Assembly (NCBI GenBank): GCA_951406725.2
Contig: OX597823.1
Coordinates: 81,964,001-82,028,000 of the forward strand
Source of the DNA: Octopus vulgaris
Lineage: Eukaryota
DNA length: 64,000 bases
Direction of reading: 5' to 3'
The position numbers and the translations under genes were made by a program. Shown piece after piece: positions 22,460 through 36,189 of this stretch; within the stretch, counting starts at the first letter, position 1, and each line of letters starts with the position of its first letter. The notes beneath the pieces were generated by a model that saw only the letters and a program-made list of their open reading frames with translations, made no database searches and was not told the origin of the DNA.

Positions 22460-22956
22460 CCTTTCTTTTATATATATGTACACACACATACAGCCATTGG
22501 AGTTGGTTGCAATCCACCTATTCGACTGAGTTCATAGTGCAGTACTTTCTCTTATATTTAGTTGATCATATCGAAATCAGTACTTGTTTTTTTTTTTTAA
22601 ATATTGTATTATTCCATTAATATTCTCTGTTCGAACTGATATTTTACAAGATATTAAGCAGTGTTAAACGTAAATACACACACGCACTCGTATAACTATC
22701 AAATTAAGAGTTATCTCCCTTACATTTGTATACTTTTCTATATCGGTCAGGGGATTAAAAGTGCTGTTCAATAGTTAAAATGAGACACGCCTTTGATAAT
22801 TATTTGGCCTACATATATTTGTATCTTATAGATAAGATAATGGAAGTCACTCTATTGTATTTTATTCAGGATGTCATCTTTGTTTGGCACTAGTTTCATT
22901 AATAGTTTGTGTCAATTAGCTTGGTTGCAAAGTTGAGCCAAATACCTTGCAGCGTT

Positions 22957-22996
<40 letters not shown>

Positions 22997-22998
22997 GC

Positions 22999-23051
<53 letters not shown>

Positions 23052-23920
23052 TCACTCAAATATTAAAGCGCACGCACACACACACACACTCACACATACT
23101 CGCACATACACGCATGCTCGCTCGCGTTCACACACACATACACATACAACACACATATATAGAAGTACATGCATAAATGCTCACGTTATGAACACATACA
23201 TACATACATATAAACGTATTGATTACATCGTTTATAAATATGTATTATTTATAGATCATACACACATTCATATATGAATATACAGACGCCTATTTACAAA
23301 CACATAAATGTGTGTATGTGGGTGAGAGTGCGTCTGTGTGTGTGTGTGTGTGCGTGGACACACACAAACACACACACACACTTGCAATAAAATACGTAAC
23401 GTATATAGTTATAGCAAATACTTAGATGAATGCACAGGGAGATAATTTGTTTTTATGTTTTCGACAAATTCATAGAAAACCACAGAGAAATGAATAGATA
23501 AATAAATAAATAAATTGGGAAAAAAAATGGAAGAAAAAAAGAAGGAAAGAAAGGAAGACAGAAAGAAGGAATAGAATAGAATGAGAAAATGAATAAAAAA
23601 ACGCCGAGAGTACTCAAGCAATTTTTTTGTGTATGTTGGTGTGGTACAGAATGGTATATAGAAAAAAAAATGCACAATTTAAATTTGTGTCTTCAGAAAC
23701 CCAAAGTCAATTGTTCACAGCTCTCAAGGAAAGAGAAAATTAATTTTTTTTTTATTGTTTTGTGGGATAGTGTGATCGTTGTGCTGAATGGTAACATCTA
23801 AACATTCCTTTGTTTTTTTTCCTTTTCTCTCTTCGTTGAAGTGAACATTGATGTCTATGTACCGAAACGTTAAACATTGAGCGTTATTGCTACGGCGTAA
23901 CGAATGAAGAAAGAAATACA

Positions 23921-24044
<124 letters not shown>

Positions 24045-24150
24045 TATGCTTATATGTATGTGTTGGTGTGTTTGTATGGAAAAAACTGCGTACACACACT
24101 CACACACTTGCATAAGTTTAAAATTTTTCGTCACTCCCTTTCATTAAGGT

Positions 24151-24185
<35 letters not shown>

Positions 24186-24732
24186 CCATATATATTAAAC
24201 TGGTTCTCTCTCTATTTCTCGTTCTCTCTTAATACATATGTCCTTCGAATGGTCAGTACCTAGTCTGTTCCTTTACGTTGCTCCTCCCAATAACATATTT
24301 CTACAATTTCTCTAAATTAAAATTAATTTAAAGAACAATTTTGTTAAAGTAATGTTTTAAGTCAGTGCAAGAAGACTTCAGTTCCTTTCTAAAATATTCA
24401 TTAAGTTAAACTTCAAATCGTGGGGCTTCAAATCAGAGATTTTGCTTCAAATGATATTGAATTTGAATAAATCTTCAAAACAGAGGAATTAAACTATTGG
24501 AACATTTAAAAATATTGTCTGTAGCGCTGTTAAACGGCAACGATGAAATAATTAGTGGGGGCAATATAACCGCCTAAAACTATTGAAATCGTTGCCCCAG
24601 CATGACCGCATTCTAATGCATAAAATCCGTTAAAGAAATAAAGACTAGTGATTTAAAACAACAGAAACTCATGTGAGGAAATAGAAAGGAGAATAATCCC
24701 CCCCACCGCCCCACCCCCAAAAAGACAAACAA

Positions 24733-24878
24733 GCGTGGCTGTGTGGTTAAGAAGTTTGCTCCCCGACCACCTGGACCTAGGTTCAGTCCCACTGCGTGGC
24801 ACATTGGGCAAGTGTTTTCTGCTATAGCTTTGGGCTTGCGAGAGGATTTGGTAGACAGAAACCGAAAGAAACCCATCG

Positions 24879-24958
<80 letters not shown>

Positions 24959-25290
24959 GGTATATATTTGTCCCACTAAAACCTTTGAAAACGGTGCCCC
25001 AGTATGGCCGCTGTCAAATACCTATATATGTGTATATGTGTGTGTGTATGTGTGTATGTGTGTGTGCGTGCGTGTGTATTTGTGTCTGTGTTTGTTCCCT
25101 ATCACCGCTTTACAACCGGTGTTAGCGTGTTTACGTCCCTTTAACCTAGCGGCTCGGCATAAAGAGACCGGTAGAATAAATACCAGGCTTAAAATGAAAA
25201 ATAAATACTGACGTCGACTAGTTGGACTAAAATTCCTCAAGGCGGTGCCTCAGCATGGCCGTAGTCTAATGGACAAAAACAAATAAAAAA
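24733..25290 (+). mobile_element. SINE family A, diverged
   Basis: Head 24733-24880; 3' half about 25070-25290. Confidence 0.75.
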
Positions 25291-25835
25291 ACAACAACAA
25301 GAAACAAAGAAAACAAAAACAAAAACAAAAACAAATGGATCAAATGTAAAATAAAGGAACTGGAGGTGAGGGATTGCAGATTAAATATGGGGTCAATGAA
25401 ACGACCGTGAACAATTGTTACAGAAGCGTAACTCTAATTAACAATTGTAATTGCTTTGCGCCTCTTCATATCATTAATGCGTTAAAGCTGGAAGGCTTAA
25501 ACCAAATTAAAGTGCAGCTGGCGTATTTCGTAATCAGTTTATTTTGGACAAGTGGATTATCTATATTCTCTTCCTTTCCTTCTTTTTGTTTTTTATTTTT
25601 ATTTTTATGTTTATTTATTTTTTGCATTCTGAACTCTGACAATAATCCATCATGTCGTGGGAGTAAAGTTGTTGATCACATGATTAATAACACTGAGCAA
25701 TTTTTGCGCCGGGGAAAGATTATCGGCGCAGGTGCTCCGTCATATGTACTGCAGTAAATTAATGAATTAATTAGTTCTGTTATTGCTGTTATTTTTTGTT
25801 GTTGTTGTTGTTGTTGTGGCTGTTGCTGTTGCTGT

Positions 25836-26198
25836 TGAGCGAACGGTTATCGTCCCAGAGCTCGCAAGATGGGAGAAGTCCGAAACGTGGTCCTTTGCTA
25901 TTCGTAAGACCCGCAGAAGAGAGAGCAGCTCAACCCCCGACACCGAGAGCATCGACGGATGGATGAATGCGCATCCAGGCTCAGCGGTTGCGTAGGAAAT
26001 CGGGGACGAGAAACAGGAAGAAAGAGTGAAAGTTGGAGCGAAAGAGTACAACAGGGGTCGCCACCGCCTCTTGCCGGTGCTTCGTGGAGCTTTAGGTGTT
26101 TTCGCTCAATAAACACAAACAACACCCGGTCTGGGAATCGAAACCGCGATCCTCCGACCGCGAGTCCGCTGCCCTAACCATTGGGCCATTGCGCCTCC
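25836..26198 (-). mobile_element. SINE family C, tail variant 2
   Basis: Head and core shared with 61009-61309; different ~170-bp tail ending in (CAA/CAG)n. Confidence 0.85.
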
Positions 26199-26649
26199 AC
26201 TTGCTGTTGCTGTTTATGCATTGATTGAGGAGAACTAGAATTATAACGATCAAAACTGTTCCGTCCGTGACCATTTGTATTTCTGTTCATCAAGTGTTGA
26301 CATTATCCAAAATTTCCTACGTTATTTAAAATAACAGGCTGCCCTCAGCAATTGTTAATTGTGTAGTTTTATTGCTGTTTAACCCCAGGCCGTCCATAAT
26401 TGAGCAGACACATGATCAAAAACATTACTGTCACCACTAATCATTTCTTCTTGAGACACATTGCATACCGAGTACTAAATTATCCAATGTTCTTTTTCAC
26501 ATTTTGCATAATGCAAAATGCAGTCTGATGGAGATTTGGTCGTTATTGTTAGGATATTATTTCGTGACAGCGTAAAGTGTGCAGCACGGTTGGATCAGCT
26601 CATCCGTCTCTTTCGCTGTTAATTTTAGAAAGTCACATGGTCATGTAGA

Positions 26650-27775
26650 AGCTCTGGGTGGTAGCGGAGCCAAGCTCCTCAATATAAAAATTTTGCCTGC
26701 GGCTGATTAGGAGGGGTCATAGGCGGTTTTGACCCAGTGGACCCAATCAGCCAAAAATCTGGCATTTCCAGATTTTTTGAGAATGGCCGGTTTTAGGTAT
26801 CCGGTGATGCTTGAGGGACGCCCCTCCCCCCACGAGTATCACCTGTACCTGGAACCAGGCTACATTAAAAAGAACTGTCCCCAGGACCAAGGTCAGGTCC
26901 TGGAGCAGTTTATAAAAGTAGCGCTCTACGCTTCCCCATTGGAGGGAGAGAACGAGGCAGTGGAGGATGTGGAAACCTCCTCGAAAAAAGGTAAAAAAGA
27001 AAGGTGAGCAACAATGTTTGCCCTCCGAAGGATCCGAAGGCTGCGGGAGGGAAGGAAAATCTTCAGGAGAAAATGGAAGAACACCACCCTCCCTTGGCTC
27101 AAGGAAAAAAAAGAAGAAAAAGAAAAACGGGACATTGCCGGCGGTTAGTGACACATTGCCGGCATGTCCCGAAACCCCGTCGGTGGGAATTGTGCCACCG
27201 ACGGAGGGAACTGTGGGCCCTTCCAATGCGGCGGATGAGGAATTTGCTATCCTCTTCCATAAGGGAGGGGCGTTAGAAAACTTCGTCAAGAAGTTTAGAA
27301 AGAAAGGCCGGAGGGAAGGGATTCTGTCCCGCACTGAGGACCTTGGCTGGCCTACGCTTGTGACTGCGGAGGTCATATGAGAGACCGACTTGTGTCGCGT
27401 AATGAATTCCTTCCCCGAGGGCACATTAAGATTTATGTTGAAGTGGCCCGACTTGGCACCGTCTATGTACTTGAATGAGGCGAGCTGCCTGGTCGGGCAT
27501 GAAAGTTCATAATTGGGAAATAAAGGTAAGAGGCTTAGTGCCTCATTTTGTTTTTGTTATTGAATATTGTGAACAATGTAAGAGGTTTGTTGCCTCATGA
27601 ATGAATTATGAAAGATCAATGTTCTCGGGTAAACAACGTTCGGCGGGCATCGCTTGTTGCCCTCATTAATCATCATTTTCATTTTTCATTTCATATAACA
27701 TTATGTCTATGTCCAGCCCGCAGCTTCCTTTCTCTATGTAAGGCCTTTATAGCCAATATAATGAATAAAGAAGCT
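26650..27775 (+). mobile_element. Decayed L1/Tx1-like element (ORF1 zinc-knuckle remnant and 3' end)
   Basis: FRYPVMLEGRPSPHEYHLYLEPGYIKKNCP resembles VxxEGRPxxCxxCxxxGHxxxxCP; basic low-complexity stretch; pyrimidine-rich 3' end with AATAAA. Confidence 0.5.
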
Positions 27776-27805
27776 CTGTCATTAGCTCGCAGTTTTGTTA
27801 AATCC

Positions 27806-27890
27806 TTACGAGATATAATCGACTTAATCCGTTTGTCTGTCCTTGTTTGTCCCCTCTGTGTGTAGCCCCTTGTGGGCAGTAAAGAAATAA
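27806..27890 (+). mobile_element. SINE family B 3' fragment
   Basis: gatataatcgacttaatccgtttgtctgtcc..gtaaagaaata. Confidence 0.85.
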
Positions 27891-29064
27891 GATTATATTC
27901 CCAAATAGACTGGTAAGTGCTCTGGGGGACTGGGGTCAATGAAAAGGTTGAAATTATGCCTTTTTGAATTGACCGGTTAATTATAACTAAGATGAACTGA
28001 CGACTCGCTAGAAATAGAGATAGAAACCATAGCTATATCACTTAAAGGCTCAGTAGCATCCAACCATCTTAAACGAAGTGAAATTGGTGATAAAGAAAAG
28101 AAGTCACGGCTTGAGCCACATTGATTAATAATAAGTTAAATCAGTGCTTACTAGAGCTAAACAATGAAGAACGATGACGACGACGGCGGCGACGATGACG
28201 ACGACGACGACGACTAACATTGTAATTAGAGTGTTTCTGTTCTGTTGTTGAGAGTCTTTATAAATAAAACTGTTATCAGACATCATCCAGTTACTGGTGA
28301 GGTATTGTACTGGTACACTGGCTGAGAGGCCTAAAGCTCAAAAGACAGTCTATTTGCTAATCGTGTGTTATTGTTTACCTCGTTAAGCAGCGGGAACTCT
28401 GAATAATTAACGAGTTGAAGCCATTACATTGCGGTACATACATTCCAGCAACTTGATATCGATGAGTGTGAGTGGGTGGGATAAAAAGGACAGAAGCTAA
28501 GAGCAAGAAGCAGCAAGTCGAGCGGACCTGACTGAACGTCCTTTGTTTGTACCTGTAGATAGGTGCTGTTTGACTTTTACTTTATCACCGTAGGTAACCA
28601 TGGTAGTAGCTGTGTGGAATTTTCTATGTTGATGAGGTCAGAATGAGACCGGAACATATCTGAATGTGTTCTGTGTGTATTAAGAAAAAAAAAAAAAAAA
28701 GGAAACAGATGTGGTTTCTGCCGACCTGCTCGTCGTCAAGGAAACATATTTAAGGGTGAAGATAGGGATATAGATTCTTTTTATTACTGAATAGAAATTA
28801 CACCTATCATGTCTCTTTACATGTATCTTAATTTCTTAAATTTTTGTAATCCAACTATCCTTTCTTATTTCAGGTTACGAGGGGCAGATAGAGTATCACT
28901 CTGTAAAGCCCTCCCCTGCACTCTTTAGAGGGCATGATTAGAGGTTTTACAGAACTGCAGCTCTGAGGGCCTTGCATAAATATCCTCCAGGAGATTTTCA
29001 ATTGCACTAGAGTTCTTATGAAAATGAAAAAGAAAATGTGTGTGCGTGCGCGCGTGTATCGGTC

Positions 29065-29190
29065 ATTTCATCATGTTAAACCGTTTATCCCTGCACATTT
29101 TTTGTTCTCTCTCCTTTTTTTATCCTCTCAATCCTTTCTGTCGAAGAGCTTAGGCTCAAAACATTAAAGACTTTTCCATTCTTCCCGAAC
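29065..29190 (+). mobile_element. Diverged copy of the variant-hammerhead element
   Basis: cttt-CTGTCGA-A-GAG cttagg CTC-aaaa-cattaaag; homologous to 11024-11215. Confidence 0.6.
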
Positions 29191-29420
29191 GCGTGTGTAT
29201 GTGTATGTGTATATATATATATATATATTAATAATATCAGGTTAATAAAGATGTTAGAAATTCTTACTACCAGTGGCCTAGCGTATAGAAAAATTTGTCA
29301 ATAGACTATATATTATTCATATAAAATACAGCGTACATTTAAAAACAAATTAAGAGGTTTCCATCATAGGAATCCCTTATGCTAGAAGGAACAGATAAAG
29401 TCCAAGCCACTAATTAGGGA

Positions 29421-29501
<81 letters not shown>

Positions 29502-30402
29502 CTATATATATCTGTACACGTGTACATATATGTGTGTGTATGTATGTATTATGCATTTATTCTCTCATTTATTTATTTTCCTTGTTTCAGTCTTTAGGTT
29601 GTGGTCACGCTGGAGCACTGTCTTCAGCAGTGATTGCAGGTATGTGTGTCTTTTTGTGCGTGTTAATACTACAAAGCTGAGCATAAATAATGATCAACTG
29701 TTTGGATAGATAGTCACGCTTCATACCAACCAGTAAAATCTAAACATCGACGCATGCGCACATCATATGTATATACACACCATTCACAAACTCACACCCA
29801 TATACACATATACATATACATCTACTCATATACATACCATCATATACACTGTCACATACAATACCAACGTATACTCAGAGTCACACACACGCGTAATCCT
29901 ACGCGTAGTCGCACACACATGCAGCTTCTTCTTCGTCCTCGTCATCTCCATTTCACACGCATGCGTACACACACAAAGAGCTACTATTATTAAAAGCCTA
30001 TAGTTATTTTACATATCCTGGTAATGATTTCGTGTCTACAGCCATGCAACTAGTATGACTACTGGCTCACTAAACTCTACATCTGATATTCAGATATTTA
30101 CTTTAAACAAAAAATCAATAAGGAAATGAAGTATGCATAACAAAAGCATTTATACAGATGACTAAGTTTTGTTCGTTAATCCTACGAATATTTGCTATTT
30201 ATGATAGGTTTTTGAAAATTTTATTTATTCAGAACATTATATTACTGTCTGCTGGTTTGGTGATTGTTTCTAAGTTAAAAGATAAACGCGCTGTCAAGCT
30301 TGGGCGCATGCGTGAGTTTGAAAGGTGGCCGCTTCGATTCATTTGAACGACGCCACAGTTTAGTACCTGCTTCATAGCGAGCCAACGACGGAACCTCTAA
30401 AT

Positions 30403-30796
30403 GAGGCAAGGCCAACCTTTTCGGAGAAGTGGGCCGCATGATACATAGCTTACCTATTTCTTTACTATCCACAAGGGGCTAAAGAAAGGGCAAACAAGGA
30501 CAGACAAACGGATAAAGTCGATTATATCGACCTCAGTGCGTAACTGGTACTTATTTAATCGACCCCGAAACGATGAAAGGCAAAGTCGACCTCGGCGGAA
30601 TTTGAACTCAGAACGTAGCGGCAGACGAAATATTGCTAAGCATTTCGCCCGGCGTGCTAACGTTTCTGCCAGTTCGCCTCCTTCATGAAATATAGCTTCA
30701 CATCAGGCGGGTCGCACTACTAAAAAAAGTTTCAAGGTAATTTTTGTTTGACGCACCATTCAGAAAATCTAGCGGGCCGAAGTTTGTCTTTGACTG
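30403..30796. mobile_element. Old hAT-type MITE interrupted by a SINE B
   Basis: Degenerate TIRs gaggcaaggccaacctt / aagtttgtctttgactg; subterminal gggccg motifs; 8-bp flanks CTCTAAAT/CTCTATAT. Confidence 0.55.
30452..30683 (-). mobile_element. SINE family B, full length with TSD
   Basis: Reverse complement of 21721-21949; flanks catgatacatagctt / catgaaatatagctt. Confidence 0.9.
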
Positions 30797-31443
30797 CTCT
30801 ATATAATTGCCTCGACCTGCCAGAAATTGCTGTCAAACCTCCTTAAAAAATTAATGTGTAAATGGGGATTAGCTGGGGTGGGCATGGCTAAAATGTCTCC
30901 GAGTATATGTTTTCTCTTTCGAGGTTGGCCTGGGACAAACCGAGACGACGATGACAACAGCAACAATAACAACAACAACAACAACCTGTTTATAAATTGG
31001 TAATGCCATTATACGCCTATGTAGTCACTCGACCAGTTAGAAACACTGAAAAGAAAATAAAAACAACAAAAGAAAATACAAAGCAAACACAAACAAAAAA
31101 CATATTGGCTTTAAAAATACGGTATGGTCATCAATGGTCTGATCGATTACGCTTAGCCTGAAAAACAACGGCAACAAAATCCTGTATAACAATCTAGTGG
31201 CGTAGCTAGAATGTGTGCGGCACAGAGCAGCCCTTGTGTCTGCCACTCGAAGGTCCTTATACTAAGTTTATACAGCAGATCTCAAAGTGCCGCCTCCGTA
31301 AAAGCGCTGTTAGGACAGACTGCATCATGCTCCTTCCCAGCTACTTTACTGACAGCAATATTGAAGGAAGGGATGAAATTCCTGCTGACATTATCACACG
31401 TAAATAATAAGCTGGAACATAAATACGTATAGCTTGTGTATGT

Positions 31444-31511
<68 letters not shown>

Positions 31512-31805
31512 TTGAAAGAAGAGTCAATGAAGGAGATCTTGAGCCAAGGAAAGAGCTTCTACTTGACTGCCCGACTAACTGAAAATGATAAACGAAAGGA
31601 AGGGAATATAGGATGATGTAGTCCTAAACAACCACAAAGAGAAGGGATGGTCATGGGTGGAATGTCTTTATTCGCAAGGAGAAATTTAACACATCTTTAA
31701 CGAACAGTTATAATTGATTCTGTACCAACTCTGGTTTCAACGTCAAAAGTTCAACGCAAAAGTTCAAACTGAAAATTTGCGCAATATTCAATATTCGATA
31801 ATATG

Positions 31806-31867
<62 letters not shown>

Positions 31868-31965
31868 TAGTCAGTTGCAATATTTTTCTGCTCCTAATTT
31901 CTTGAAGTTTGTTTTAGCTCCTAGTTTTGTCTAGTTTAAAAAAAAATTGTTAAATTTTTATGCAT

Positions 31966-32110
31966 AGGCGGAGGAGTGGGTGTGTGGTAAGTAGCTTGCT
32001 TACGAACCACATGCGTGGCACGTTGGGCAAGTGTCTTCTACTATAGCCTTGGGCCGACCAAAGCCTTGTGAGTGGATTTGGTAGACGGAAACTGAAAGAA
32101 GCCCGTCGTA

Positions 32111-32189
<79 letters not shown>

Positions 32190-32400
32190 TTGTGTGTCTG
32201 TGTTTGCCCCCTCCATCGCTTGACAACCGATGCTGGTGTGTTTATGTCCCCGTAACTTACCGGTTCCGCAAAAGAGACCGATGAAATAAGTACTAGGCTA
32301 ACAAAGAATAAGTCCTGGGGGCGATTTTCTCGACTAAAGGCGGTGCTCCAGCATGACCACACTCACATGACTGAAATAAGTAAAAGAGTAAAAGAGAGAG
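31966..32400 (+). mobile_element. SINE family A
   Basis: Colinear with 21021-21428; B-box segment deleted. Confidence 0.88.
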
Positions 32401-32561
32401 TATTTTCAAGTCTGAAAGGACCAATGTCATTCCGCTTTGCGTTACTTCACTCAGCATCTTGTTTTTCTATCGCTTAGTTTAAAGACGCTCTAAGTATGTG
32501 AATATCTCTCAGTGTGGTTTATCATTTTTCTGTAACTCCCCTTGTTTATTTGTTTCTTACG

Positions 32562-32671
<110 letters not shown>

Positions 32672-33056
32672 TGGTTCTGTTCATAATTCGTCTTTATTTA
32701 CTGTTCGGTCTAGTGACCTCATCTTCTCTTCTTATTGTATTAGACTCATTAATTCTGTACGCATTCGTCTATCATATCCGTTCATTTATACCCCAGCAGT
32801 TTATGTTGCTGACACAGCCACTTTCAACAGTATTATCGGAAGGTGTCGAAACTGTGGTGATATTTGGTCGATAACTGATGAGTTTGCTTGCCTCCATTGT
32901 GTCTATGTGTTTTCTTTCTTTTTCTTTGTCTTTCAGTATGTACCATTGTCGTTTTTCTGTGACACATTTTTATTATATATATAAGCACCCCCACACACAT
33001 GTCTGTGTTTGTGTGAAAGTGTGTGTGTGTGTTTCTGTGTGTGTGTGTATATATGT

Positions 33057-33088
<32 letters not shown>

Positions 33089-33495
33089 CATACACACGCA
33101 TTCATACATACATATATACATACACACGCATTCATACATAAGTATGCACACACACACATACCCACATATTTACACATTTAATCTCTGTTCAATTCTGTTG
33201 CTGTCTTAAGTCATTGGACAGTGGTCATTGTATTGCATTACATATAAGGGCTTTTTAAAATCGATTATCGATTACATTCTCACAGTTCATTGTATGGTAT
33301 TTGTTTTATTGATCTTGTAAGACACAAAAGCAAGGCGATTAAATGTGAAAGGGCATAACTTGGATACCGTAGTTTTTTACTTTCCTACCCTGAAGATGGA
33401 CGTCCGTACAGACTTAAGTAAAAACACACCTTTCATACACACGCACATACACTCGCAAACATGCACACACATATACCACGGGTATCTGCATAGGT

Positions 33496-33744
33496 AAGGC
33501 AGCGAGCTGGCAGAATCGTTAGCACACCGGGCGAAATGCTTAGCGGCATTTCGTCTGCCGCTACGTTCTGAGTTCAAATTCCGCCGAGGTCGACTTTGCC
33601 TTTCACCCTTTCGGGGTCGATTAAATATGTACCGCACTGGGGTCGATATAATCGACTTAATCCGTTTGTCTGTCCTTGTTTGTCCTCTCTGTGTTTAGCC
33701 CCTTATGGGTAGTAAAAGAATAGGTATTTCGTCTACCCGTAAAT
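33496..33744 (+). mobile_element. SINE family B, full length with TSD
   Basis: Flanks gggtatctgcataggt (33480-33495) / gggtatctgcataagt (33745-33760). Confidence 0.9.
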
Positions 33745-34445
33745 GGGTATCTGCATAAGTTACTCTGTCAAAGAAATTTCATTTAAAAACTTTTGGCTAA
33801 TCCACGACTATTTTTCTTAATTTGAAGGTAAACTTGCCAAAGGTGTCCTCACAGAAGTATCGAAACCCCGATCTATTCGTTCGCAAGCAAATGTCTTAAT
33901 AACATAGCAATGCTCAACCTAAAAAAACATCACCCCCTTCCATCTCTCTTTCACGGATCGGTCAAACTTTAAAACGACCAACCGGAATATCCGGATAAAA
34001 TGTTAGATGATAAGGACTCTTCTCGGATAAATCGATAGTTAGGAAAGTGGACATCGAAGTCCAGTAATAACCGACTGGGATTGAAACAGGTTGTCAGGTC
34101 AGATGGAAAACTCACAGGACACATGGAACATTGTTAATAACTTTCCTGCAGCAAGTTGGCAAACGCTCCCAGTCTCTATTCAATTTCATAAAGTATTAAT
34201 TTTGCTGTGATATTATTGAATTTTCCAAAATAGTTTATTAAATGATTGCGAATAGGTAAAAAGAAAGTAGAAAAGAATGAAAAAAAAAAAGAGAAGAAAA
34301 TTGCTGCAAATATGTTTGCTATGCATATGAAAGCATGTACACATATACGCACGCACGCACGCTCGCACGTATGCACATACACACACGCACACGGGCATCC
34401 GTACATATTTATATATGAATATACGTATGTATGTACTTTTGTATG

Positions 34446-34480
<35 letters not shown>

Positions 34481-34936
34481 CTATGTGTGTGTGTGTTTGT
34501 GTGTGTATGCATGTAATTATGTATATATATATATATATATATCTATATATATATGTATTAAATATAATACAAAGTTGGCTATTTTAATTAAATAATGTCT
34601 CAGTTGCGTATACTGGATACATACATACATACATAACATATATAATATATGCATATATAAAATAGTATTATATAATATAGTATAAAATATAATATATATA
34701 TGCATGTATATATATATGTGTGTATATATACATATGTATGTATATATATGTATATATATGTATGTATGTTATGTATGCATGTAGGCCATTTTAAAATCAT
34801 ACATATGCATGTAAGTACTTTAGAGTACACATAGTTATTTACCACACGAGCATTGTATTTATGACTCCTCCCTATATATATGTATATATATATATATATA
34901 TACATACATACATACATACATACATACATACATGCA

Positions 34937-35144
34937 TGAGGGGACGCTGAAACGTTCCTGGCTTTGGGTGAAAAAGAAAATACAGGCGGATCAGTTAATT
35001 ATGATTTAATTCACCATATTCTCCTCTCAGATTCGCTGCCTATTGCAGCACTCATTCAGTTTTCTAAGCCCTGTAAAAGAACTCAGGAGGTTGTTCCTCC
35101 AGCCAGGCCTTTCGTGATAGCCATAAACTTTTCAACACCCCTCG
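34937..35144. mobile_element. Mariner-type MITE
   Basis: TGAGGGGACGCTGAAACGTTCCTGGCT / AGCCATAAACTTTTCAACACCCCTCG followed by TA. Confidence 0.75.
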
Positions 35145-35149
35145 TATAT

Positions 35150-36030
35150 ATATATACTACATTTGTGACGTTGTTATCTAACTCCTCCTACATAGTTTTA
35201 TCGATTTGGATGAAACTTGACACGTGAGTAGAACTTATGTTTGGAAAACTAGTGACATACGTAGAATGTTGAAAAACATCGATAATAGGGCCCCTTGAAG
35301 GGATTCTTATATCTACTACATATAACTAATACATTAATTTTAAACATCCAAGGGAAATAATCCATTCGTTCCTGAAAGGGATTCTTATATATAGCCAAGG
35401 AAAATAACGCATTCATGTTCGTAAATTATTTCCTATAAATCAAATTGAGTATGCTTATTTCTTAGTATTTGAACTATTTGAGTTATTTTCGCAATTTATC
35501 CAGTACAACGATTAAACAATAGTATTTTCCTAAACAAGAGATCCATTTATTTCGATTAGTGACTTATTCACGAATATACCAACACTAACCCCGCTGAGGG
35601 TAATATTCTTTGCGAACGCACAATAGCATTTTTCAGAGTTATTTACTTTCAATTGTTATAATCTCATATCTGATTAGCCTGTTATTACGTAACATGCTTC
35701 ACGATTTTAGTATACATACCTTATTAGTATTTCCTCCCATAACAGTGGCAACGAGGATTTCGTAGCTCACACACAGCCACTGTGTAGTATTGCGATATAA
35801 CAGCGGCGACAAGGATTTCGTAGAGCACACAACCACTGTGTAGTAATGCGACATAACAGTTAATCTCATTTCACTGTAAAAAATGATAGATGAACTTGAT
35901 GAGTTGGTGACAGAGATGGAGGAAGAACTGCTTTTCGTTGTTGTGAAACGCTTGGGCTCTGATACAGTAATTTGAAAGATAGTGTTGACCAAACAGAAAA
36001 TATCGTCTACAAAGAAGTTTTGTAATCATA
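35150..36030 (+). mobile_element. Helitron remnant
   Basis: 35285-35420 resembles the reverse complement of 57160-57275 (Helitron 5' region). DQTENIVYKEVL* at about 35987-36025 is a typical RepHel C-terminus. ~59-bp internal tandem pair at 35745-35860. Confidence 0.55.
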
Positions 36031-36189
36031 TTGATATTATCGAAAGCAATATGATTCATAATTTAAATAAGGAAATTTGTGAACTTTGAATGTATAAGAG
36101 TATAAACAAGCGTAATATAGTGTAAACAACTAAAATAAAATTATATCTATTTTTTCTTAATATTCTTAATAAGGGTTAATTTCTTAATA

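Noticed and set aside
28545-28570. tacctgtagat as miR-10
   Set aside because: The match is short and gapped, and the rest of the mature sequence and hairpin are absent.
35745-35860. Repeat pair as a CRISPR-like array
   Set aside because: Only two contiguous diverged ~59-bp units with no spacers, in a eukaryotic Helitron context.
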